Part shown: positions 10,235 to 19,026 of the stretch, piece by piece
Numbering within the stretch: the stretch's first letter is position 1
Layout: each line of letters begins with the position of its first letter
Assembly: GCA_028707275.1 (NCBI GenBank)
Contig: JAQTUP010000002.1
Coordinates: 59,198-123,197 of the forward strand
Source: Gallionella sp.
GTDB taxonomy: Bacteria > Pseudomonadota > Gammaproteobacteria > Burkholderiales > Gallionellaceae
Direction of reading: 5' to 3'
DNA length: 64,000 nucleotides
Translations under genes and position numbers: made by a program
Notes under the pieces: generated by a model
Database searches by the model: none
The model's input: only the letters and a program-made list of their open reading frames with translations
Told to the model about the DNA's origin: nothing

Positions 10235-11311
10235 TTAGTCCTTCGCATACCATTCCATGACCCCGCAGCCCTGAATTTCTTCCAGAACATCGACACTGCG
10301 ATCCTGACTGACTCTCTCTGGCCGCAGCAAGGCTTCGGGACGCTCGCGTACAATAGACAGAAATATTGCCATCAAAGTTGGGTCCCAAAATCCGCTGGCC
10401 GTTTCCTGCTCCATGATCTGTATGACTTTATCTCGCGGGAACGCGGGTTTATAGGGGCGTTCACTGGACAGAGCGTCAAAAATATCGACAATCTGGAACA
10501 CGCGGGCGATCAGGGGGATTTCCTCGCCTGCCAGTCCTGCCGGATAGCCCGTGCCATTCCATTTTTCATGGTGGCATCGCACGATATCGGCCGTGCGTTG
10601 CATGGTACGCAACGGGCTGCACAGCGCCGCGCCTATCACCGTATGCTGCTTCATGATCTGCCATTCCGCAGCATCCAGCGCCCCCTTCTTGAGCAGGATA
10701 TTATCCGGAATACCCAGTTTCCCGATGTCGTGCAGAACCCCGCCGCGCCGCAAGGCATCGAGTTCTTCGGCACCCATCCCCAGCGCCCGGCCAAAGACTA
10801 CCCCGGTGTGAGCCAGGCGATCGCAATGGTCTCCGGTATTGGCATCGCGCGCCTCGACCATGCGCGCCAGCGCGAACAACACCGATTTGGCGTCGTCCAG
10901 CTGGTCGGTCAAACGCTTGCGCTCGATGGCGGCCCTGACTCTTGCTGTGAGCTCGATCGAATTGAATGGCTTGGTGACATAATCGTCCGCCCCCACATCC
11001 ATCCCCCTGACCACATCGTCGGGCGACCCCAAAGACGTCACCATGATGATGGGCAACAATTTCAGGCCGAGTTCCTCGCGGATACGGCGACAGGTTTCAA
11101 AGCCGTCAAGACCTGGCATGATGACATCGAGCAACACCAGATCAAAGGCTTCGTGGCGCAACATTTCCAACGCCTGCATCCCGTCGCAGGCCTCGACGAG
11201 ATGGTATTCCGGAGGTCTCAACACATAACCCAATAGCTTGCGGTTAGTCGCCATATCATCGACGGTGAGCACTTTAGAGCCAGTCAAGGCTGATTCCGAC
11301 ACCAAACTCAT
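10235..11311 (-). CDS. Response regulator with an HD-GYP domain (c-di-GMP phosphodiesterase)
   Basis: It has an N-terminal REC (VLTVDDMATNR...LDVIMPGLDG) and a C-terminal HD-GYP domain (HDIGK, HHEKWNGTGYP). Only 3 nt separate it from the downstream cheW. Confidence 0.85.
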   Translation of the reverse strand: MSLVSESALTGSKVLTVDDMATNRKLLGYVLRPPEYHLVEACDGMQALEMLRHEAFDLVLLDVIMPGLDGFETCRRIREELGLKLLPIIMVTSLGSPDDVVRGMDVGADDYVTKPFNSIELTARVRAAIERKRLTDQLDDAKSVLFALARMVEARDANTGDHCDRLAHTGVVFGRALGMGAEELDALRRGGVLHDIGKLGIPDNILLKKGALDAAEWQIMKQHTVIGAALCSPLRTMQRTADIVRCHHEKWNGTGYPAGLAGEEIPLIARVFQIVDIFDALSSERPYKPAFPRDKVIQIMEQETASGFWDPTLMAIFLSIVRERPEALLRPERVSQDRSVDVLEEIQGCGVMEWYAKD

Positions 11312-11331
11312 ACGACCCCTATCTTCCTTAA

Positions 11332-11452
11332 CCGATGTGACTGCGTCACATCAGTTATGTATTCAAATCAACTTCGCCGGGGGCAGCCCGGCTGCTGGCG
11401 ACTTTCTTTTGTGTCGCCAAAAGAAAGTCGCTAAAGAAAAGGCGCCCCCGGT
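11332..11452. repeat. Truncated copy (5' ~120 bp) of a ~380-bp MITE-like repeat family
   Basis: It shares the terminal palindrome (gatgtgactgcgtcacatcag), the core caaatcaacttcgccgggggcagcc and the hairpin cgactttcttttg-N6-caaaagaaagtcg with the copies at 40900, 52846 and 58093. Confidence 0.6.
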
Positions 11453-11544
11453 AAAAACCTTTTTTCATCCGCCCCGATCTCCGGCCGATGAACCAGTATG
11501 CGCCGACAGGCGGCCAAAACATCTGCCGCGCAGCTGAGCTCACT

Positions 11545-13209
11545 TTATGCAGGATAGCTGGCATCGGCGAGCACCACCTGATTGCGCCCTGCATGTTTGG
11601 CTTTATACAGCGCCATATCTGCCGCATCCGTCAATCTGGATGCATTGTCAAAATTTTTCATCTCGGCCAGGCCACAGCTGAAGCTGGCTGAAAATTCCTG
11701 GTCTTTTGCCAGGTGGCGCAGTTGTGAAAAGTCATGACGAATGGCGTCCATGACTTTCATCGCGGCAGCCCCATCGGCATCGATAAGAACCACGGCAAAT
11801 TCCTCCCCCCCGTAACGCCCGACCAAATCGTTCTCGCGCAGGCGCTGTTTTAGCAGCCTGGACAGGCTCTTTATCACGCGATCGCCCACCGGATGTCCGT
11901 AGCTGTCGTTGACCTTCTTGAAGTGATCGATATCCAGCATCGCGAAGGTGATGCTCCTGGCATGCCTTTTGGCCTGGGCGATTTGACCGACCAGCTGATC
12001 CTTGATGGCGATATGGTTGAGCAACCCGGTCAGACCGTCGCGCACCATGAAAGAACGCAGCAACAAGGAGCGTTTGATCCGGCTGTTAATGGACGAGACG
12101 AGCTGATGAGCCTCGATCGACTTGGTCAGGAAGTCGTCCGCCCCCAGAACGAGCGCTGCAAGCTGCTTGTCCAGATTGGTTTCGGAGGACAAAAATACGA
12201 TGGGGATGCTGACGAAGGCGTCAATTTGCCGGATGACTTTGGCCAACTCAAGCCCGCTGCATCCGGGCATATAAATATCCACCAGAATCAGGTCAGGAGA
12301 AAAATCCTGCAATGGTCGCATCACGTCAAGCGGGTCGTTCACCACCTTGACGGACATACCGGCATGTTCGAGCACGCGGGCGTGATAATTCGACAGATTC
12401 ACATCATCATCCACGATCAAAACTCTGGGAGCCGGTGCGACTGAAGCTGAGGTCAGTTCGTCGAGCTTGTCGACCAGAACACCCAGATTCACGGGTTTCA
12501 TCAGGTAGGCCACGCCGCCTGCCCTTACCGCTTCGAGCCTTACTTCCAGCTCGCTGTGCGACGAAAGGAAAATGACCTGCAGCGGCGTCTGCCGGTTGCG
12601 TTGCAATTCCGGCATGACATGCACCCCACCCAGAGGATCCTCGGGAAAGTTGATGTCCATCAACACCACGCCCCTGGAATCCTGTCGTATGGCACGGCGA
12701 AAATCCTCCAGCGTGTAAAACAGCTTCACGTCATATTCGAAATACTTCAGCTGCGTTTTGAGTTCCCAGGCGAGCTCGCGATCATGCTCCACGACGAAAA
12801 TGCGGCGAGTGTTGCGCGCTTTCGCACGAACAGCCTTGACCGGGATTAAATTAACCTGCGCAGAACCGGGCTTGTCAGGCTGATTTGCCGCCAGGCTCAC
12901 CCCTGCGAGCAGAAGGCTCACCTTGTCGCGCTGCACCGCATTCAACTCCGTTTTTGCCTGTCCCAGAAAATAAAGATAGTTTTCCAGTTCGCGCGCCGAA
13001 TCGCTGAGCGCAGAAAAGCCAAACGTCTTGCCAGACCCCGTCAGGCCGTGCACCAGACGGTGCAAATTCAAAAACTCATCCTGATCCCAGCCTATAATTG
13101 GAAACTGGCGCCAGGACTGTTCTATCTGTTTGATTTTTTCAGGCAACTGCCCGGCATATGCCTGGCTTAACAGCTTTAGCATGAGCTGAAGTTCATTGAC
13201 CTCAGACAT
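11545..13209 (-). CDS. Hpt-REC-REC-GGDEF diguanylate cyclase response regulator
   Basis: An N-terminal Hpt-like motif (LHRLVHGLTGSGKTFG) is followed by two receiver domains and a GGDEF domain (RYGGEEFAVVL). Confidence 0.8.
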   Translation of the reverse strand: MSEVNELQLMLKLLSQAYAGQLPEKIKQIEQSWRQFPIIGWDQDEFLNLHRLVHGLTGSGKTFGFSALSDSARELENYLYFLGQAKTELNAVQRDKVSLLLAGVSLAANQPDKPGSAQVNLIPVKAVRAKARNTRRIFVVEHDRELAWELKTQLKYFEYDVKLFYTLEDFRRAIRQDSRGVVLMDINFPEDPLGGVHVMPELQRNRQTPLQVIFLSSHSELEVRLEAVRAGGVAYLMKPVNLGVLVDKLDELTSASVAPAPRVLIVDDDVNLSNYHARVLEHAGMSVKVVNDPLDVMRPLQDFSPDLILVDIYMPGCSGLELAKVIRQIDAFVSIPIVFLSSETNLDKQLAALVLGADDFLTKSIEAHQLVSSINSRIKRSLLLRSFMVRDGLTGLLNHIAIKDQLVGQIAQAKRHARSITFAMLDIDHFKKVNDSYGHPVGDRVIKSLSRLLKQRLRENDLVGRYGGEEFAVVLIDADGAAAMKVMDAIRHDFSQLRHLAKDQEFSASFSCGLAEMKNFDNASRLTDAADMALYKAKHAGRNQVVLADASYPA

Positions 13210-13621
13210 GACGTCTTTCCCAGATGGTCTGAACCTGGCCGGACAAAGTCATCGGGTCGAATGGTTTCGGGATAACGTCCAGCGCACCCAGCGCCTTATA
13301 GCCTGCGACCTCGCCCGGCTGCACCTTGGCTGTCATGAAGATCACAGGGGTCGTCGCAAATTCCGGGATTTCGCGCAGGTGAGCCAGGGTCGTCGGGCCA
13401 TCCATGCCGGGCATCATCACATCCATCAATATGAGCTGGGGTTTGAATTCGGGCGCGCGTATCAGGGCATCCTTCCCGGAACTGCATATTTCCAGCGTGT
13501 ATCCACCGACCATTTCCAGCGCCAATCTTGCCACCACCTGGATATCCGGCTCATCCTCCACATACAGCACCCGCACCAATTTTTCCGTCATACCCCTCCC
13601 TTTTCGAAATTCCCGATGCAC
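13202..13621 (-). CDS. Single-domain response regulator (CheY-like receiver)
   Basis: A 139-aa REC domain (VLYVEDEPDIQ...MDVMMPGMDG...FMTAK). Its stop overlaps the start of the downstream GGDEF gene. Confidence 0.8.
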   Translation of the reverse strand: MHREFRKGRGMTEKLVRVLYVEDEPDIQVVARLALEMVGGYTLEICSSGKDALIRAPEFKPQLILMDVMMPGMDGPTTLAHLREIPEFATTPVIFMTAKVQPGEVAGYKALGALDVIPKPFDPMTLSGQVQTIWERRHV

Positions 13622-13692
13622 GCGGCATCATATGTGAAAACAGCCCGAAACTCCACGCACCCCTTATCGCCCGAAGCAGCACCCGCATTTTC

Positions 13693-15288
13693 TCATGCTT
13701 CGTCGGCACCGGCAGGGATAGGCTGTCGCCAGAGCGGAAACTCGACATAAAAAACAGTGAGCACATCGGGCTTGGAATCAAAGCCTATCTTCCCGCCCAT
13801 TTGTTCGACGATGGCGCGGGAGATGACCAGCCCAAGCCCCGTTCCGCCCTTCTTGCGCGTATCTGATGAATCAGCCTGAGAAAATTTTTGAAAAATCTGA
13901 CCGCGAAATTGCCCCGGTATGCCGCAGCCTTGATCAGATACAGAGATACGCACACGAGAGTCATCGGCGTTCACCGCCACGAGCACTTTCGCGCCTGCCG
14001 GGGAAAACTTGGCCGCATTGGAGAGCAGATTGGCCATCACCTGCAAAAACCGGTTGATATCCAAAAACAGCGTTACGTCAGATAAATCGCCTGCCAGCTC
14101 GTACGTGACCCCGAACTGTTGTGCATAGGCCATGTTGCCCTCCAGCGCCTGTTTCAACAAGGGAATCAAGCGGATGGTCTGCGGATGAAAATCCATCTTC
14201 CCCGCCTCTATCTTTTCCATATCGAGAATATCATTCACCAGCAAGATCAGGCGCTCGCAATTCTTGTAAGCGACATCGACCAGCGATTTTGCCTGAGGCG
14301 GCAACTCACCGGCGACCCCTCCTGCCATCAGGCCTAAGGATCCTCGTATCGAGGTCAAAGGAGTGCGCAATTCATGACTGACCGTCGAGATAAACTCGGC
14401 TTTCATACGCTCTATTTTGACGCGCCCGGTAATATCGCGAACGATCCTGGATGTGCCTGTAATCTTTCCATCTTCATCCAGAATAGGCGAAATACTGACC
14501 GAGACATCGACCAACTGCCCGCCTTTACTCAGGCGAACCGTTTCAAAATGTTCGATGCGTTCGCCGCGAAGAATGCGCGCAAGAATCCCTGATTCCTCAT
14601 TTTCACGACCTGGCGGGATGAGCATAGCCATCCGCTGGCCGACCGCTTCCTGTTTCGTGTATCCGAACAGAGCGACAGCGGCAGGATTCCAGGTGGTAAT
14701 GACGCCATCCAGCGTCTTGCTGATGATCGCATCCTCGGACGATGCGATGATTGAAACATAACGCGCCTGGAACAGGGCGTGTTCCGAGGCGCGCGCAAGC
14801 TGCCGCCCCCATTCGAGCTCTTCGCTCACGCATTGCGCCAGATCACGCAGCATGTTCAATTGTTCGGCGCTCACCTCGCGCGGCTGGTAATCTATCACGC
14901 ACAGCGTTCCTGCCCGCTGTCCTGTGCGCAGCGTCAGCGGATACCCGGCATAGAAGCGTATATGAGGCACACCACTCACCAGCGGATTGTCGGCAAAACG
15001 CGGATCGAGGGCGGCGTCAGGAATGAGAAAAACCCGGTCATCGAGTATGGCGTGACCACAAAAAGAGATATTGCGAGGGGTTTCAGACACTTCCAGCCCC
15101 TGACTGGATTTAAACCATTGCCGCTGACTGTCGATCAGCGAGACCAGCGCGACGGGTACGCCAAACAGATGCTGAGCCAGCCGGGTCAGGCGATCGAAAC
15201 GCTCTTCAGGTGGCGTATCGAGTATAGCCAGCGCGCGCAGCGCTGCGATACGATCTGCTTCATCAAATGGGTCGGGTGGCTCTAACAA
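13693..15288 (-). CDS. Cytoplasmic GAF-PAS sensor histidine kinase
   Basis: It has GAF and PAS domains, a HisKA H-box (STVSHELRTPLTSI) and HATPase_c (GTGLGLVISRAIVEQMGG). No TM segments. Confidence 0.85.
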   Translation of the reverse strand: MLEPPDPFDEADRIAALRALAILDTPPEERFDRLTRLAQHLFGVPVALVSLIDSQRQWFKSSQGLEVSETPRNISFCGHAILDDRVFLIPDAALDPRFADNPLVSGVPHIRFYAGYPLTLRTGQRAGTLCVIDYQPREVSAEQLNMLRDLAQCVSEELEWGRQLARASEHALFQARYVSIIASSEDAIISKTLDGVITTWNPAAVALFGYTKQEAVGQRMAMLIPPGRENEESGILARILRGERIEHFETVRLSKGGQLVDVSVSISPILDEDGKITGTSRIVRDITGRVKIERMKAEFISTVSHELRTPLTSIRGSLGLMAGGVAGELPPQAKSLVDVAYKNCERLILLVNDILDMEKIEAGKMDFHPQTIRLIPLLKQALEGNMAYAQQFGVTYELAGDLSDVTLFLDINRFLQVMANLLSNAAKFSPAGAKVLVAVNADDSRVRISVSDQGCGIPGQFRGQIFQKFSQADSSDTRKKGGTGLGLVISRAIVEQMGGKIGFDSKPDVLTVFYVEFPLWRQPIPAGADEA

Positions 15289-15346
15289 TATAGCTCTCCT
15301 ACTTTGTCTGTTTCAGGGCTTTCATCTGCGGTGCAATCGGTTCACC

Positions 15347-17278
15347 TCAATATTTCACCTCGTCCTTCCACATCTTTGCTTCAAAACGCACCACGCGGTT
15401 TCTCCCTGCCTCCTTGGCGTGATACATGGCAACATCGGCATATTTTACAGCCTGCCAGAAAGTATCACTGTCCAGCGGAAACTCTGAAATTCCAATGGAG
15501 ATAGTTTTTTGCAGCACTTCGCCGGGCAGCTGCACCTTCATTTTTTCAACGTCGGCGCGTATTTTTTCGGCCACTTTGTCGGTGGCCTCCCCTGTCGAGT
15601 CCTGCATAATCACGAGAAACTCCTCTCCACCATAACGTATCACAAGGTCAGCCGCGCGCACCGATGCCTGTATGGTTCTGGCCAGCGCCTTGAGAACCAG
15701 ATCCCCCGCGTCATGACCGTAGGTATCATTCACCATCTTGAAGTAATCAAGGTCGAGCATCAGCACCGAGAGCTGGCTCTTGCGACGCTGATTGGAAGCT
15801 ACCAGAGTTTCGGCGAATTCTTCCAGAAAACGGCGGTTGTGCAGACCTGTCATGGCATCGGTCAGATTGGAGGCGCGCAACGTATCCATCAGCCGCTTGG
15901 CCTCAATGACGGGTGCGGCTTCGCGCAAATAAACATTCAGATAGGGTAGAAATTCATGGATGCGTTCACCATCGTCCCGATGTGAGACCAGTTGCAGCAC
16001 GCTACCCACCATGCCCGACTGAATAATCGGAATACACACATGCACACGATCAGCCCCATCACGGTCAGATTGAAAGGCGTAACAGATTCCGGGCACGTTG
16101 ATCGAATCGATGATGTGCCCGGTGCGCCGGGCGCGACAACTTTCAGCATGAAGCAGAATTTGTGGGTCGCACCAGCGACAGGGGGCATCGATCTCGCCAT
16201 CTACCACCAGGGGCGCCATTCGACTGGTGCCCGTCACCATTTCATAGATCGAAAAATCATGGATAGCGAAGCGTTCCTGCAAAACCGATGACAGTCGCCG
16301 GTATATTTCCGGCTTGGTTTCATCCTCTTCGATCGCCTGCTTGAAATGCGCGGCCTCAATCAGTCCGGCGACGCGACTGATCGTGGAATTGAGCAAATTC
16401 TCATGCTCGTGTGTCGGCGTTTGCTGCAAAAGTTGTGCGACATCCTGGCTGATGGTTGTCAGTCCATTTTGAATGAATTTCAGCAGACTGTTCAAGTCCG
16501 CCGCAACCTGCCCTATTTCATCATCGGTACGTCGCTCGATATTGGCATGAAAATCCCCCTGAATGGCGCGTTCAACGGTCTCCTGCACATCGCGCGCGGT
16601 GACGATCACAGGTTTGACCAGCCGCCGGAAAAACCACAGCATCACCAGCATAAACGAAACGATTGCCAGCACCATGACAGACGAAGTCATGTAGGCACTG
16701 CGCATCATCTCGCTCATGGACATCGTAATCGTAATCACGCCCAGCACTGTCCCTTCCGCTACATTGTGGCATTGCAGGCAGTTGATATGTCCGGCACGAG
16801 TGGCAATATAGGGCAGCGTGCCGCGAAAGGCCAGTCCGTCGTTTTCGTCGATCAGTTTATAGTAAGCCTGTCCGTCCTGCATGACCTGCGCCTCAATTTT
16901 GTCCCTGATTTGAACTCGTTTCGAGTCCTTGCCAAACTGTGCGGCAACGCTGTCAGAGCGGATCACCCTGACTGTACGCATTCCTTCCACAGAGGCCAGA
17001 TGACCCAGAAAATCATCCCGATTTTCTGCAGAATTGTGCAGCATGGATTCACTAAGACTGATGCCGACAATATCGGCAATTGAACGGATATGCTCACGCT
17101 CGGTTGTAATGGTGAATTGGCGAAATGACAGAAAACTCACCACCACGACGACCACGATCATGGACAGGGTTATTACAATGGAAAAGGTCGTAACTTTGGT
17201 ATCGAGTTTCATTCTGGCAACCCTAAAAAGTCTTTTTGAATTAACTCTGACGTATTGTGACATAACAGATGGCTGCAT
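15347..17278 (-). CDS. Membrane sensor diguanylate cyclase with a periplasmic CxxCH (heme c) motif, HAMP, a Cys-rich cytoplasmic domain and GGDEF
   Basis: Two TM helices bracket a ~140-aa periplasmic domain containing CLQCH. The cytoplasmic part has HAMP and a GGDEF domain (RYGGEEFLVIM). The start codon is uncertain, and an internal Met at 17212 is possible. Confidence 0.8.
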   Translation of the reverse strand: MQPSVMSQYVRVNSKRLFRVARMKLDTKVTTFSIVITLSMIVVVVVVSFLSFRQFTITTEREHIRSIADIVGISLSESMLHNSAENRDDFLGHLASVEGMRTVRVIRSDSVAAQFGKDSKRVQIRDKIEAQVMQDGQAYYKLIDENDGLAFRGTLPYIATRAGHINCLQCHNVAEGTVLGVITITMSMSEMMRSAYMTSSVMVLAIVSFMLVMLWFFRRLVKPVIVTARDVQETVERAIQGDFHANIERRTDDEIGQVAADLNSLLKFIQNGLTTISQDVAQLLQQTPTHEHENLLNSTISRVAGLIEAAHFKQAIEEDETKPEIYRRLSSVLQERFAIHDFSIYEMVTGTSRMAPLVVDGEIDAPCRWCDPQILLHAESCRARRTGHIIDSINVPGICYAFQSDRDGADRVHVCIPIIQSGMVGSVLQLVSHRDDGERIHEFLPYLNVYLREAAPVIEAKRLMDTLRASNLTDAMTGLHNRRFLEEFAETLVASNQRRKSQLSVLMLDLDYFKMVNDTYGHDAGDLVLKALARTIQASVRAADLVIRYGGEEFLVIMQDSTGEATDKVAEKIRADVEKMKVQLPGEVLQKTISIGISEFPLDSDTFWQAVKYADVAMYHAKEAGRNRVVRFEAKMWKDEVKY

Positions 17279-17375
17279 TTTATGCCAATTTCAAAGATAG
17301 CTGAGAATAATTGACTCCATATAAAATCACAGCCAAAGACCGATTAACACACGCGACGAATACCAACTATTTCAG

Positions 17376-18375
17376 TAAGCGGCCAATGCTCCCACATTGA
17401 ATTCGTTGGCGAAAGCTAAGAGCAGTCCACCAATTTTTAAGTGGACACTTTCATGGAATCATCTCATCCCATTCGCCGTCGTCGGCAACATGCGCCAAAA
17501 TTAACATCCGCTGGCCAGTCACTCAGGCTCACGCTTTTGGACAATGCCTGGCTGTGTGGCTCAAATGATTTGGCCGGAACAGGTATTTCTGTACATGGCG
17601 CCGGTGGACATGCGCTGGGGCATGGATCGCTTGTCGTTGCTGATTCAGCAGAGGATGGCCGTTCTCCCTGCGACGGCACGGCCCACGGCTTTACCAACCG
17701 CAACAACTCGCGCTTAAAACTGCTGATCTGGGATGGCACAGGTCTATGGTTGTGTCATCGCCGTCTGCATAAAGTGCGCTTTCGCTGGCCGATTCCCGGC
17801 GAAACTCTGTTCCGCATGAGCGCTGAACAATGGCGCTGGCTGATTGCCGGGGTGGACTGGCAGCGGCTGTGCGCGACGCCTATCTGCGCCGTATGCGCTA
17901 CGGAGTCAAGAGCGAAACGCTGAGTCCGGAGCAACGACAGCTGTTCGAAGACGATGTCATTCAGAATATCGCCGCCGTGGAAGCCGAGCTGCCCGCGACA
18001 CCGGCCAAGCCGAGAGCCCGCAGGCCGCCAGACTTTGCCCGAGTATCTGGAACGGGTTGAAGTGCGCCACGAACCGGATTGCTCAACCTGTCAGTCCGAT
18101 CTGGTCAAGATCGGCGAAGATGTCAGCGAACAGCTGGATATCGAACCGGCCAGATTCTTTGTGATTCGCCACATCCGCCCGCAATATGCCTGCCGCCAGT
18201 ACGAAACCGTGACGGCCGCGCCGGTGGCGCCCGCCACTCAAAGCCTGTTTGCCACCTCAAAACTCAACGGCATCGAGCCCGCCGCCTGGCTCAAAGATAC
18301 ACTGGAAAAACTCCCCGTTTGGACCATGCGGCGCATCGACGAGTCGCTGCCTCTCAAACCCGCCGCATAAACTGG
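17376..18375 (+). mobile_element. Degraded IS66-family element (left IR, TnpB fragment with frameshifts, internally deleted TnpC)
   Basis: A GTAAGCG-type terminal repeat lies at about 17376. There is a TnpB-like peptide (LLIWDGTGLWLCHRRLHKVRFRWP...AEQWRWLIAGVDWQRL). TnpC pieces (zinc-finger CxxC...RHIRPQYACRQYE and the C-terminal LFATSKLNGIEPAAWLKDTL) are fused by a deletion. Confidence 0.65.
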
Positions 18376-18414
18376 CACATCTGAACAGGTGGTATGGCCG
18401 GACACATACATCGC

Positions 18415-18510
18415 CACTTCCTTTCTAAATCCTTCATTCCAAAACGACATGACTTTGTCGGGCTACGCCGACTGCAAGCAAAGGTATTTTGTCCATGCCG
18501 ACAATCATTC
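18415..18510. repeat. Copy 1 of a ~95-nt intergenic repeat (second copy at 27625-27725)
   Basis: About 80% identity to 27625-27725 (ccttcattccaaa...gtcgggctacgcc.acgacaagg.aaaggtattttg...gcaatcat), including a conserved palindrome gtcgggctacgccgac. Confidence 0.4.
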
Positions 18511-19026
18511 TGTCGGAGATATTGGCGAGACTTGCCCCAGCTTCTTCTGCCAGAACATCGCCTTGCCCATCTTGGGATCAAGTTCGTATCCGGCAAAGCC
18601 GCTGGCCTTGTATGCCGCTTGCGCCAGAGTATTGCCCTCCAGCACTTCCAGCGTGAGCTTGCAGCAGCCAAGGCGTAGCGCGATTTCTTCTGCCTTGGCA
18701 AGCAAGCGCTTGGAAATGCCGCGCCCCCGGTATCGGCTCGCCACAATGATGTCGTGAATGTTCAGCAGCGGTTTGCACGCGAAGGTTGAAAATCCTTCAA
18801 AGCAAACCGCCATGCCAGCGGGCGATCCATCCACGAAGGCGAGTACGAGATGCACGCCTTGCCGTTTGCGCAATTCGGTAACGAGATTGTCTTTCACGAA
18901 TTCCGGCAATTCCGCCCCGCCGCCCATGTCGTCTTTGGCATACTCATTCAGCAGATAAACGATGGCCGATGCGTGGGTTGGCAACGACAGGTCAGCGCTG
19001 ATTATTTCTTCTGCGCCAATCAGCAT
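18505..19026 (-). CDS. GNAT family N-acetyltransferase
   Basis: A 173-aa protein with acetyl-CoA binding motif A (IVASRYRGRGISKRLL). Confidence 0.75.
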   Translation of the reverse strand: MLIGAEEIISADLSLPTHASAIVYLLNEYAKDDMGGGAELPEFVKDNLVTELRKRQGVHLVLAFVDGSPAGMAVCFEGFSTFACKPLLNIHDIIVASRYRGRGISKRLLAKAEEIALRLGCCKLTLEVLEGNTLAQAAYKASGFAGYELDPKMGKAMFWQKKLGQVSPISPTE

